DNA of 64,000 bases from Chitinophagia bacterium (GCA_021324175.1 JAJPJP010000247.1:8149-72148); one strand, 5' to 3'. Shown: positions 28,012 through 36,860, counted from the stretch's first letter. Translations and numbers: made by a program. The notes: generated by a model not told the origin, from the sequence alone.

Positions 28012-30573
28012 ATGGAAGATAATCTTACGCCAGAGCAGACCAGAGATGGTAATCGCATCGTCCCGGTGAATATCGAAGAACAAATGAAGACTGCCTACAT
28101 CGACTATTCAATGTCGGTAATCGTCGGAAGAGCCCTCCCGGATGTCCGCGACGGTCTCAAACCTGTACATAGGAGGATTCTGTTTGCGATGCACGAAATG
28201 GGCATGAATTTTAACAGGCCCACAAAAAAATGCGCCAGAATTGTGGGAGAAGTATTGGGCAAATATCATCCTCACGGTGATACGGCAGTTTACGACGCGC
28301 TTGTACGTCTTGCTCAGGAGTGGAACATGCGCTACATGTTGGTTGATGGCCAAGGGAACTATGGAAGCCAGGATGGGGAAGGACCAGCAGCAATGAGATA
28401 CACTGAAGCCAGATTACACAGGATTTCAGATTCGATGCTGGCAGACATTGAAAAAGACACCGTCAATTTTCAACTAAATTTTGACGATTCTCTCGAAGAG
28501 CCAGTCGTTCTACCCAGCAGGATACCCCAATTGATTATCAACGGTTCATCTGGAATCGCCGTGGGCATGGCCACGAACATGATGCCTCATAACCTATCTG
28601 AGGTAATTGACGCGTGCATAGCTTTTGTCGATCACCGCGAAATCACTATCGAGGAATTGATGCGGCATGTCAAGGCTCCGGATTTTCCGACAGGAGGGGT
28701 AATCTATGGGATTGAAGGAGTGAAGGCTGCAATGCATTTTGGTAGGGGAAGGGTCGTGCTTCGCGGGAAATTGCGGATTGACACTAAAGCAAGCGGAAGA
28801 GAGCAGATTATTATTACCGAAGTTCCTTACCAGGTAAGCCGGGACGTGTTGACCGAGCGGATCGGTCAATTGGTCAATGAAAAAATTGTGGAAGGAATTG
28901 CGCATGTGAACAATGAGTCCAATGATAAGGAGGGTACAAGGATTGTAATCGATTTAAAAAGAGATGCGATTGCTAACGTCGTGGTTAACCAGCTTTATAA
29001 AAACACTGAACTGCAAACATCTTATGGAATAAACAATGTGGCTCTTGTAAAGGGAAGGCCCAGGACGCTGAACATTAAGGAAATGATCAGTGAGTTCGTT
29101 GAATTCAGACACGAAGTCGTGGTTCGCAGGACTCAATTTGAACTAAGAGAAGCAGAAAAGAAAGCGCACATTCTAAAGGGTTATTTAATTGCACTTGATC
29201 ACTTGGATGAGGTGATTCAGTTGATCCGCTCGTCAGCGACACCAGACGCAGCCAAAGATAAGCTTATTCATGCTGACTGGGGCCTCGACGAGATCCAGGC
29301 CAAGGCGATATTGGAATTGCGTCTTCAACGGCTGACGGGGATGGAGCGAGACAAAATAAAGGAAGAATTCGATTCATTGACGAAATTGATCAGCGAACTT
29401 AAGGAACTGCTTGCCGATGAAGTGAAGCGATTCGATCTTATCAAACAAGAACTTCGCGAGGTCAAGGAAAGATTTGGCGACAAAAGAAAGACAGAAATAA
29501 CATATTTGGATAACGAAGTCCGAATTAAAGATCTTATTAAAGAGGAGGATGTGGTCATAACCATTTCGCACCTTGGCTATATTAAAAGAACTTCTGCCCG
29601 GGAATATCGGCAACAACGGCGAGGCGGACGCGGAGCTATCGGCGGAAAAACCAGGGAAGAAGATTACATTGAGCACCTGTTTGTCGCCTCTACGCATCAT
29701 ACCATGCTCTTTTTTACCGAAAAGGGTCGATGTTTCTGGCTAAATGTTTACGAAATCCCTGAAGGGGACAAAACGAGCAAGGGGCGCGCAATTCAAAACT
29801 TAATTCAACTACCGCAAGACGACAAGGTAAGGGCAATTATCGATGTTAAGGATCTTAAAGACGAAGCTTTTGTTAACTCGCACTATATCGTTCTATGTAC
29901 CAAGCATGGCATCATTAAAAAAACGTCGGTAGAAGAATTCAGCCGACCTAGGCTGACTGGAGTCAATGCCGTTACAATTGTGGAAGGCGATCAATTACTC
30001 GAAGCGAAACTCACAGACGGAAATAGTGAGATTATGATGGCTGTGAAAAGTGGTCGTTCGATTCGATTCGAAGAAGAGAAGGTACGCCCGACCGGTAGGG
30101 GGGCGATTGGGGTTGCGGGGATTGAAGTCGAAGGCACAGAAGACGGAGTAATCGGAATGATTTGTGTGAATAGAGAAGATAAAAGCCGGACGGTTCTTGT
30201 CGTCAGTGAGAAAGGCTACGGCAAAAGGACGTCAATTGAGGAATACCGTGTAACAAACCGTGGGGGGAAGGGGGTAAAGACCATCAGTGTTACCGATAAA
30301 ACCGGGGCGCTTGTCGGAATCTTAGACGTCACTGAGAAAGAGGATTTGATGATAACCTGTAAAAGCGGAGTCACTATTCGAATGGCAGTCGGCCAGATCA
30401 GTGAGCAGGGCAGAGCTACTCAGGGGGTAAAGTTAATCCGCTTAGATGAAGGCGATGAAATAGCGGCAATAACAAAATTGGATGAACACGTGGGAAATGG
30501 CAATGGTAACCATACCGATGAGCCCGGCATTCAGAGCGGAGAACAGCAATCGGAGAGTATCGAACCGGAATAA
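28012..30573 (+). CDS. gyrA: DNA gyrase subunit A
   Basis: RALPDVRDGLKPVHRR, YHPHGD, AAMRYTE (catalytic Tyr), GyrA box QRRGGRG; -7 element TAAATTTG at 27952. Confidence 0.97.
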   Translation: MEDNLTPEQTRDGNRIVPVNIEEQMKTAYIDYSMSVIVGRALPDVRDGLKPVHRRILFAMHEMGMNFNRPTKKCARIVGEVLGKYHPHGDTAVYDALVRLAQEWNMRYMLVDGQGNYGSQDGEGPAAMRYTEARLHRISDSMLADIEKDTVNFQLNFDDSLEEPVVLPSRIPQLIINGSSGIAVGMATNMMPHNLSEVIDACIAFVDHREITIEELMRHVKAPDFPTGGVIYGIEGVKAAMHFGRGRVVLRGKLRIDTKASGREQIIITEVPYQVSRDVLTERIGQLVNEKIVEGIAHVNNESNDKEGTRIVIDLKRDAIANVVVNQLYKNTELQTSYGINNVALVKGRPRTLNIKEMISEFVEFRHEVVVRRTQFELREAEKKAHILKGYLIALDHLDEVIQLIRSSATPDAAKDKLIHADWGLDEIQAKAILELRLQRLTGMERDKIKEEFDSLTKLISELKELLADEVKRFDLIKQELREVKERFGDKRKTEITYLDNEVRIKDLIKEEDVVITISHLGYIKRTSAREYRQQRRGGRGAIGGKTREEDYIEHLFVASTHHTMLFFTEKGRCFWLNVYEIPEGDKTSKGRAIQNLIQLPQDDKVRAIIDVKDLKDEAFVNSHYIVLCTKHGIIKKTSVEEFSRPRLTGVNAVTIVEGDQLLEAKLTDGNSEIMMAVKSGRSIRFEEEKVRPTGRGAIGVAGIEVEGTEDGVIGMICVNREDKSRTVLVVSEKGYGKRTSIEEYRVTNRGGKGVKTISVTDKTGALVGILDVTEKEDLMITCKSGVTIRMAVGQISEQGRATQGVKLIRLDEGDEIAAITKLDEHVGNGNGNHTDEPGIQSGEQQSESIEPE

Positions 30574-30635
30574 TTTTGGCTTTAATTCAATTGCAAAACA
30601 AAATATTTTACCTTTCAATAAATTTTAATGTAATC

Positions 30636-31919
30636 ATGAAATCAATTTTATTAACGGTATTTGTTTGTTGGTTTAGCCTAGGGCTTTCTGCTCAAAGTCT
30701 CGACAAGGCCAAAGATTTTCTGAAAGCCAATAAGTTGACAGACGCAAAAACGCAGATCGACGGATTTCTGGCAGATGCGAAGAATCAGAAAAACGGCGAA
30801 GGCTGGTACACTAAGGCAACAATCTATGAGGCAATTGCCGCCAATGATCAGCTAAAATCACAGTTTCCTGATGCCAGAGCACAGGCCCTCGATGCTCTTA
30901 AAAACTATGTTCAATTTGACGACAAAAAACTAATTCTTTTGATCGTTGACAAATACAAAGTGATTAACGAGATTTATCAGTCTTATTTTCAGACTGGCGC
31001 AGCGGACTACAATTCTGCGAAATATGCTGATGCTCTGGAAAATTTTAAGGGTGCTATAGCCGCGAGTTCGTTCATGATCCAACAGGGTTGGATAAACATG
31101 AAAATCGATACCACCAGCAATATTTATGCTGGAATTTCAGCGGAAAAAGCAAAAAAGAGAGATACTGCAGCAACCTATTATAGCCGACTGGCCGATGCAA
31201 AAATTGGAGGCACAAATATGGTTGAGATCTACAAATGGCTTGCAAACTATTACTCGTCCGATAAGAATGAAGAGTCGAAGGCCTTGAAATATATTGACTA
31301 TGGGAAGGAGCTTTATCCTAATGATTCATCATGGAAGGATCTTGAGGTGAGTGTTTATGAAAACCAGTTGGACATTTATCGAAAAAGCGGGAATAAAGAC
31401 TCCCTTTTTGCCGGTTATGATAAAATAATAAACAAGTTCCCCAACAATAATATTTTTCTATATAACTACGGATTGGAACTGTATCAGTATGCACAGGATA
31501 CTTCAACGAAACGCCCGGCAAATCCTGACGAATTAATTACCAAAGCCAAACAACTTCTCAACAAAAGCTTGGAAGTAAAACCGGATTATCCGCAGGCTGC
31601 TTTGGTCCTTGGTGAAATCTCTTACAATGATGGGGTTGAGCTGCAGTCAAAAGCGAGGACCCTGAAAGGAGCCACGCCGGATGTAGTCAAAAAGAAGACT
31701 GAAATGCGCGACCAAGCCATGAAGAGATATGAAGAAGCTATTCCATATTTCGAAAAAGTCGACCAGGATTTGGGTTCCAAGGGAAAGTTAAGAATGGACG
31801 ACAAAACTGCACTTAGGAATGCCTACGATAGCCTGATAACGATTTATGAGCAGAAAAAACAGAAAGATAAATCCGATGCTTATACCACAAAGTATAACAA
31901 TGTAGATAAAGATCACTGA
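30636..31919 (+). CDS. Secreted tetratricopeptide repeat protein
   Basis: Signal peptide from ATG 30636; TPR-like helices; usual gyrA neighbour in Bacteroidota. Confidence 0.8.
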   Translation: MKSILLTVFVCWFSLGLSAQSLDKAKDFLKANKLTDAKTQIDGFLADAKNQKNGEGWYTKATIYEAIAANDQLKSQFPDARAQALDALKNYVQFDDKKLILLIVDKYKVINEIYQSYFQTGAADYNSAKYADALENFKGAIAASSFMIQQGWINMKIDTTSNIYAGISAEKAKKRDTAATYYSRLADAKIGGTNMVEIYKWLANYYSSDKNEESKALKYIDYGKELYPNDSSWKDLEVSVYENQLDIYRKSGNKDSLFAGYDKIINKFPNNNIFLYNYGLELYQYAQDTSTKRPANPDELITKAKQLLNKSLEVKPDYPQAALVLGEISYNDGVELQSKARTLKGATPDVVKKKTEMRDQAMKRYEEAIPYFEKVDQDLGSKGKLRMDDKTALRNAYDSLITIYEQKKQKDKSDAYTTKYNNVDKDH

Positions 31920-31934
31920 TCTTATGTTTTACAG

Positions 31935-31966
31935 AAGCCCCGCAAAATTCGCGGGGCTTTATTATT
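31935..31966 (+). terminator. Intrinsic terminator
   Basis: 9-bp stem aagccccgc/gcggggctt plus T-rich tail. Confidence 0.8.
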
Positions 31967-31985
31967 TAGCTAACTAAATGTTCGA

Positions 31986-32438
31986 ATGCTAACTTGCTTG
32001 AGAACAGATGCCGAAAATGCGGACTTTATTGATCTGGTTGCCAAACTTGACGCTGATCTGAAAGCGAGGGACGGCGACGACCATACATTCTACGCAAAAT
32101 TCAATAAAATTGATCAGGTCAAATTTGTCATCCTGGCATATGAGGATGACAACCCAGTTGGGTGTGGCGCTATCAAGAAATTTGACGAGAACACAATGGA
32201 AGTGAAACGAATGTACGTCAACGTTTCATACCGTGGCAAGGGGATTGCTACAATGGTACTTGGGGAACTTGAATTGTGGGCGAAAGAAATGAATTTTGAT
32301 AAGTGCGTACTTGAAACCGGGAAACGACAGCCTGAAGCAGTAGCCCTTTATCTCAAGAATGGCTATAATGTCGTCAGGAATTTTGGCCAGTATGAAAATG
32401 TCGAAAATAGTCTTTGCTTCGAAAAGAATATACGCTAG
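31986..32438 (+). CDS. GNAT family N-acetyltransferase
   Basis: VGCGA, EVKRMYV, RGKGIA, LETG..QPEA..LY. Confidence 0.9.
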   Translation: MLTCLRTDAENADFIDLVAKLDADLKARDGDDHTFYAKFNKIDQVKFVILAYEDDNPVGCGAIKKFDENTMEVKRMYVNVSYRGKGIATMVLGELELWAKEMNFDKCVLETGKRQPEAVALYLKNGYNVVRNFGQYENVENSLCFEKNIR

Positions 32439-32658
32439 TTTAAGTTTAATCACTCTTCGACACTTCAAGCATTTATTGGCCACTTGAAAAAGCCGGGATT
32501 TTTTCTCTCCGTTAGGTGCTTACAACATACTTTTTGAATTGGCCGAAAATCGACAAGAGTTTAATCATGGTGCAGGACAGGCCATTGGATAATTTCCTTT
32601 CCTTAATAGGGCCGGGTAAAAAAATACAAAGAACGCCACTCCAGGTCTTTGAAGCGCT

Positions 32659-32687
32659 ATTTAACATAAAAGTATCTTATAAGACTT
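32659..32687 (-). other. dif-like site L (7-bp spacer)
   Basis: atttaacataa-aagtatc-ttataagactt; the first 11 bp are identical to the E. coli XerD arm. Confidence 0.7.
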
Positions 32688-32716
32688 CCGATTTCTTTTT
32701 CTCCTTTTTAAAAAAA

Positions 32717-32791
32717 GCCAATTGAGGCTATGCGATTTTTTTGCACTATATAAGGTTCTTTAAACAAAAAAATCGCATAGTCTCAATTGGC
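32717..32791. repeat. 27-bp inverted repeat (26/27 match) with 21-nt loop
   Basis: gccaattgaggctatgcgatttttttg (32717-32743) vs caaaaaaatcgcatagtctcaattggc (32765-32791). Confidence 0.95.
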
Positions 32792-32817
32792 ACTAAAGGA
32801 TTATGAAAAAGAATCGG

Positions 32818-32846
32818 TTGTTTTATAAGACTATATTATGTTATTT
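32818..32846 (+). other. dif-like site M (inverted relative to L and R, 7-bp spacer)
   Basis: ttgttttataa-gactata-ttatgttattt; XerD-type arm matches ttatgttaaat at 9/11. Confidence 0.6.
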
Positions 32847-33068
32847 AGCTCGGTTTGTGCCGCAAGCGTTTCGTAAGTTTTTCTCCAAACGAAACGCGGG
32901 CGGTGAGGGCAGGAAGCCAAGCGGATTTTTGTATTTGTTTTTTTCTAAGCAAACCGAGCCAAAGGCGAGGAAAAAAGTATCTTTTGAGCAAAGACAGCAA
33001 TACAATAAAGAATTTTTAGAAAAGAGAGGTCTCGGCCACACGTTTGTAAGAGAACCGGAGCGGCTTTA

Positions 33069-33335
33069 TTAGCCCTCTCCACTTACTTCGGGATCGTAAT
33101 CTGCATCATGCCCTTCTTTGTCTTTTAGATAATTGTTTACCTGTTCCAGAATAGAATATTCTGTTTCTAGCATTTTTTTGAAAGTTATCCAATATTGGCC
33201 TCGGCCAGAATCTTTCCCAGTTTCGACTTTTTCATAAAGTCGTTTAACTTCTCTAGATATAGTTATCTGGTTGCATAGTAATAGCTCTAGCAATTCCCTG
33301 TCGGTAAAATCGGTAAGCGAGTTTTTGATTGCCAT
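33069..33335 (-). CDS. Small soluble hypothetical protein (element cargo), 88 aa
   Basis: From ATG 33335 (or 33344): MAIKNSLTDFTDRELLELLL...; helical with an acidic tail. The upstream extension of the 160-aa track ORF is antisense to the next gene. Confidence 0.55.
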   Translation of the reverse strand: MAIKNSLTDFTDRELLELLLCNQITISREVKRLYEKVETGKDSGRGQYWITFKKMLETEYSILEQVNNYLKDKEGHDADYDPEVSGEG

Positions 33336-33357
33336 AAAAGACATTATTTTTAGGGCG

Positions 33358-33588
33358 ATGAAGTTATTGAATAATATCTGGGTAAAAGGTATAGCGGCAG
33401 TTATTTTCGTTGTCATCTTAGTTTGGGGAATTGATAAAATTCGCCCATTCATGGATGCCTTCATGCACTCCATACTGTATGCCTTTGGTGCCTTTCTTGG
33501 TATGTATGTTATCATACCAGTTTTGGTAATAGCAGTTCTGTATTTTATCATTAAAGCCTTGCAAAGGCTTTTTAAGAAGCGTGGCTAA
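33358..33588 (+). CDS. Small two-TM membrane protein (element cargo), 76 aa
   Basis: MKLLNNIWVKG..., two hydrophobic segments, basic C-terminus QRLFKKRG. Confidence 0.55.
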   Translation: MKLLNNIWVKGIAAVIFVVILVWGIDKIRPFMDAFMHSILYAFGAFLGMYVIIPVLVIAVLYFIIKALQRLFKKRG

Positions 33589-33633
33589 AAAAAACAAATA
33601 CAAAATATCCCGCTAGGGATAGCCCGAAGCGCT

Positions 33634-33661
33634 ATTTAACATAATATAAATTATAGGAAAT
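33634..33661 (-). other. Probable chromosomal dif site R (XerC/XerD)
   Basis: Minus strand reads atttcctataa-tttata-ttatgttaaat: perfect XerD arm, 6-bp spacer, XerC arm resembling B. subtilis acttcctagaa. Confidence 0.8.
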
Positions 33662-33747
33662 AAGGTTTTCTGAGTTTGGACAAGAAATGATACGCGTAAT
33701 TCGTTAATTTATATAATATTGACACGCAAACCACAAATTCTATCGCT

Positions 33748-35103
33748 TTGAAATTTAAATTGTCTTCCTCATTTTGGTTTCGAACGATATTTTTTACGCT
33801 CCTTAATCGATTTTCGCTCATAGTATTCGGCGTCCTTGGCTATATGCTCTTGGCAAAGGAAGTTTTTCCGACTGCCAATGAAATGGGTGTGTGGGGTGTG
33901 TTTTTGACCATTCTGTCCCAGGTTGAAACTGTAAAGCAAGGCCTTCTTCGTAACCCGATGATCAAATTCATGAGCGAACCGGAATATTCAGGTGACAAAA
34001 ATAAAGTTCAGTCTGCGGCATTGATAACCAATATTGGCGTTTCCATGCTGGCGATCTTGTTCATTGTTGTGCTTGGCAGGCCCTTTTGCAATTGGCTGAA
34101 CTTTCCTCAGCTGTATCCAATGATTCTCTGGGGTATTCTACTTGTGATTCTACTTATTCCTTTCAACCACTGTGAAGTATTGCTTCAGGCCCATTTTCAA
34201 TTCAAGTCAATATTCTTCGGGTATTTTTTACGCCAGGGGGTCTTTCTGGGTGGCATGTTGCTCCTTCTGGTCTTTTTTCGGAATCGATTGGATTTGATTA
34301 TGCTCGTAAAGCTTCAAATCGTCGCACTTTCGTGTAGTTCCATCCTCTTGGCTTTTGCGGCTCGCAAATTCTTCTTCAAAGGCCTGGTTATCGATGGGCA
34401 ACTTTTGAGGAAAATGCTTCACTTTGGCAAATATATTTTCGGAACAAATGTATTTGCTTCGCTTTCACGGTCGGCCGACCAATTTATCACGGCAAACCAA
34501 ATTCAATCTGAAGCGATTGTCGCGTATTACAATGTCGTTTCTCGAATTTATAATCTGATGGACGTCCCGTCTATGGCCGTTGCAGATGTCTTATTTCCAA
34601 AAAATGTCGAGGCTATGTCCATCAGCGGAACAGATAAAGTTCGCTATTACTTCGAACGGATGGTTGGCTCAATCATCAGTATCCTGGGGCCGGTAAGCAT
34701 CCTAATATTCCTATTGCCCCGGCTAATTATCAAAATAATTGCGGGGAACAAATACTTGCTGGCGGTGCCTATTCTTCAAACAGTGATTTTATTCAGCTTT
34801 TTACGGCCATTTGCTTACCAATTCGGGGCAACAATGGATGCAATTGGGAAGCCAAAAATAAATTTCTGGATCAATTTGCTAAATATGAGTTTGAATATCC
34901 TGTTCATATTCTTAGGGCTTTATTTTTTTAATTGGAGGGGAGCGGCCTACGGATCAGTCACGGGGCTTGTTGTCGGTACAGTAATCATGTACTTTGTATT
35001 GGTAAAAACCATCGGCGTTCGTTGGGACGAAATTATAGCTTACATTTTTGAGACCTATGAGAACGTTTTTAAGCTCATAAAGAAAACTTTGAAAGGACAA
35101 TGA
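33748..35103 (+). CDS. Oligosaccharide flippase (Wzx/MATE-like)
   Basis: About 12 TM helices; LRKMLHFG, DQFI...VAYYNV pattern. Confidence 0.85.
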   Translation: MKFKLSSSFWFRTIFFTLLNRFSLIVFGVLGYMLLAKEVFPTANEMGVWGVFLTILSQVETVKQGLLRNPMIKFMSEPEYSGDKNKVQSAALITNIGVSMLAILFIVVLGRPFCNWLNFPQLYPMILWGILLVILLIPFNHCEVLLQAHFQFKSIFFGYFLRQGVFLGGMLLLLVFFRNRLDLIMLVKLQIVALSCSSILLAFAARKFFFKGLVIDGQLLRKMLHFGKYIFGTNVFASLSRSADQFITANQIQSEAIVAYYNVVSRIYNLMDVPSMAVADVLFPKNVEAMSISGTDKVRYYFERMVGSIISILGPVSILIFLLPRLIIKIIAGNKYLLAVPILQTVILFSFLRPFAYQFGATMDAIGKPKINFWINLLNMSLNILFIFLGLYFFNWRGAAYGSVTGLVVGTVIMYFVLVKTIGVRWDEIIAYIFETYENVFKLIKKTLKGQ

Positions 35104-35633
35104 GCCTGAAAGAAATGCTTCTTCAGGAGCAATCAAAAAAACAATGCGACAAAATTGTTCGTTTCATCGGAAAGGATCGGAAGCGCTTTGCCGAATTGAT
35201 GAAACTATTCTTTGACGGTGAATATCGTCTCACACAACGGGCCGCGTGGCCGATGAGCTATTGTGTGCGAAAAAAGCCGGCTCTTATTTCACCTTATATA
35301 GGAAAGATTATTCGCAGTTTGCCAGATAGAAATCTACACGATGCTGTCATTCGAAATTCTGTAAGACTTTTGCAGTGGGTAGACGTCCCTCGGAAATTTC
35401 ACGGCGAGCTAATGAATTCTTGCTTTGCGTTTTTACAATCACCAGAAACAGCAATCGCCATTAAGGCGTTTTCACTCTCTATCCTTGAGAATCTTTCGAA
35501 CATCTACCCAGAAATAATTCCGGAAATAAAGGTCATCATTGAGGACCGATGGGATTATGAATCGCCAGCATTTAGGACCAGAGCCGGGAAATTTTACAAA
35601 ATGAATCCTGGCCCTCCTCAATCAATACAGTAA
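35100..35633 (+). CDS. Hypothetical helical-repeat (HEAT-like) protein
   Basis: QRAAW, IAIKAFSLSIL pattern; 4-bp overlap with the flippase gene. Confidence 0.7.
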   Translation: MSLKEMLLQEQSKKQCDKIVRFIGKDRKRFAELMKLFFDGEYRLTQRAAWPMSYCVRKKPALISPYIGKIIRSLPDRNLHDAVIRNSVRLLQWVDVPRKFHGELMNSCFAFLQSPETAIAIKAFSLSILENLSNIYPEIIPEIKVIIEDRWDYESPAFRTRAGKFYKMNPGPPQSIQ

Positions 35634-36860
35634 TCTTACTTTGATCGTCTGCCTGACGTCCTTCAACAATTGAAAGGCTTGGTTGGATAATTTTTTGTCA
35701 ATATCAAGCACGACATACCCAATATCATCATTGGTCTTTAAATATTGGGCTAAAATATTAATGTTGTTCGCAGAAAGCTGGGTATTTATTTCAGATAATA
35801 CCCCAGGCACATTCCTATGAATATGCAAAATGCGATGTGTCCCTTCCTGTGGGGGCAGGCTCAATTCAGGAACGGTATGAGAACCGGTTGTAATTCCCAT
35901 TTCGAGAAAATTAAACAACTTTGCGCTAACGTCCTCGCCAATGTTTTGCTGGGCTTCTTCGGTAGAACCGCCAATATGCGGGGTAAGAATGACGTTCGAC
36001 AAATTTTGCAGCGGACTTGTAAAAGGTTCGCCATTCTTTTCTGGTTCTACTGGGTATACATCAATAGCTGCTCCTGAAAGCCATCCCTCTTCGATTGCCC
36101 TCGCCAGTGCATCGAGATCAACGACCTCACCACGTGCGTAATTTATTAATATTGAACCTTTTTTGAACAATTTAATTAAATTTTTATTGATAAGATTTTT
36201 GGTTTGGTTGGTATCGGGCACATGCATAGTTATTATATCCGCTTCGCTCACCAATTCCTTGATGGTTCTCTTGGCAGTTGCATTTCCGAGAGGGAGTTTC
36301 GTCAAAACATCGTAATAAATTACTCTCATTCCCATTGCTTCGGCAAGGATGCTTACCTGGGTACCTATGTTCCCATAGCCTACTATTCCGAGTGTCTTTC
36401 CACGTAATTCATAGCTGCCCTTTGCTTCTTTTGCCCAAGTGCCTGCATGGGCAGCCTTGTTCTTATCCGGAATCCGCCGAATTAATATAATTGACAAACC
36501 AATCACCAACTCGGCTACCGACCGCGTATTGGAATATGGCGCGTTGAAAACGGCGACGCCGTGACTGGTAGAGCTTTTTAAATTAACTTGGTTAACTCCA
36601 ATGCAAAAACAGCCGATTGCCTGCAATTTTTTTGCAGATTCGAGGACAGCAGGAGTAATGTTTGACTTGGAACGAATTCCCAGTAAATGCACATCTTTTA
36701 CCTGCCTTATCAATTCATCTTCGGGCAGGGCGCCAGTTAGTTTCCTTATTGAAGAATAGCCTGCATCCTTGAATCTTTTGATCGCCGACTCACTGATGTT
36801 TTCAAGAAAAAGGATATTGATTTTTTCTTTGGGGTAGCTCGTGTTTTTCTTTTCAGCCAT
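35622..36860 (-). CDS. serA: D-3-phosphoglycerate dehydrogenase
   Basis: GIRS, CFCIG, NAPYSNTRSVAE, GYGNIG, TPHIGGSTEEAQ, C-terminal ACT domain. Confidence 0.95.
   Translation of the reverse strand: MAEKKNTSYPKEKINILFLENISESAIKRFKDAGYSSIRKLTGALPEDELIRQVKDVHLLGIRSKSNITPAVLESAKKLQAIGCFCIGVNQVNLKSSTSHGVAVFNAPYSNTRSVAELVIGLSIILIRRIPDKNKAAHAGTWAKEAKGSYELRGKTLGIVGYGNIGTQVSILAEAMGMRVIYYDVLTKLPLGNATAKRTIKELVSEADIITMHVPDTNQTKNLINKNLIKLFKKGSILINYARGEVVDLDALARAIEEGWLSGAAIDVYPVEPEKNGEPFTSPLQNLSNVILTPHIGGSTEEAQQNIGEDVSAKLFNFLEMGITTGSHTVPELSLPPQEGTHRILHIHRNVPGVLSEINTQLSANNINILAQYLKTNDDIGYVVLDIDKKLSNQAFQLLKDVRQTIKVRLLY

Larger units (their letters stand above)
32651..33661. mobile_element. Candidate miniature Xer/dif-integrated element (IMEX-like or dif module)
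   Basis: 19-bp direct repeat gaagcgctatttaacataa at 32651-32669 and 33626-33644; three dif-type sites; extensive internal inverted repeats; two small unknown ORFs; no integrase. Confidence 0.65.

Noticed and set aside
32516-33072. Track ORFs 32516-32725, 32803-33072 and 32841-33041 as genes
   Set aside because: They run through the dif-like sites and inverted repeats, and their K/F-rich composition reflects A/T runs; probably spurious.
32651-33644. 19-bp direct repeat as a CRISPR repeat or IS target-site duplication
   Set aside because: Only two copies 975 bp apart, no cas or transposase gene, and the repeat contains a XerD arm.
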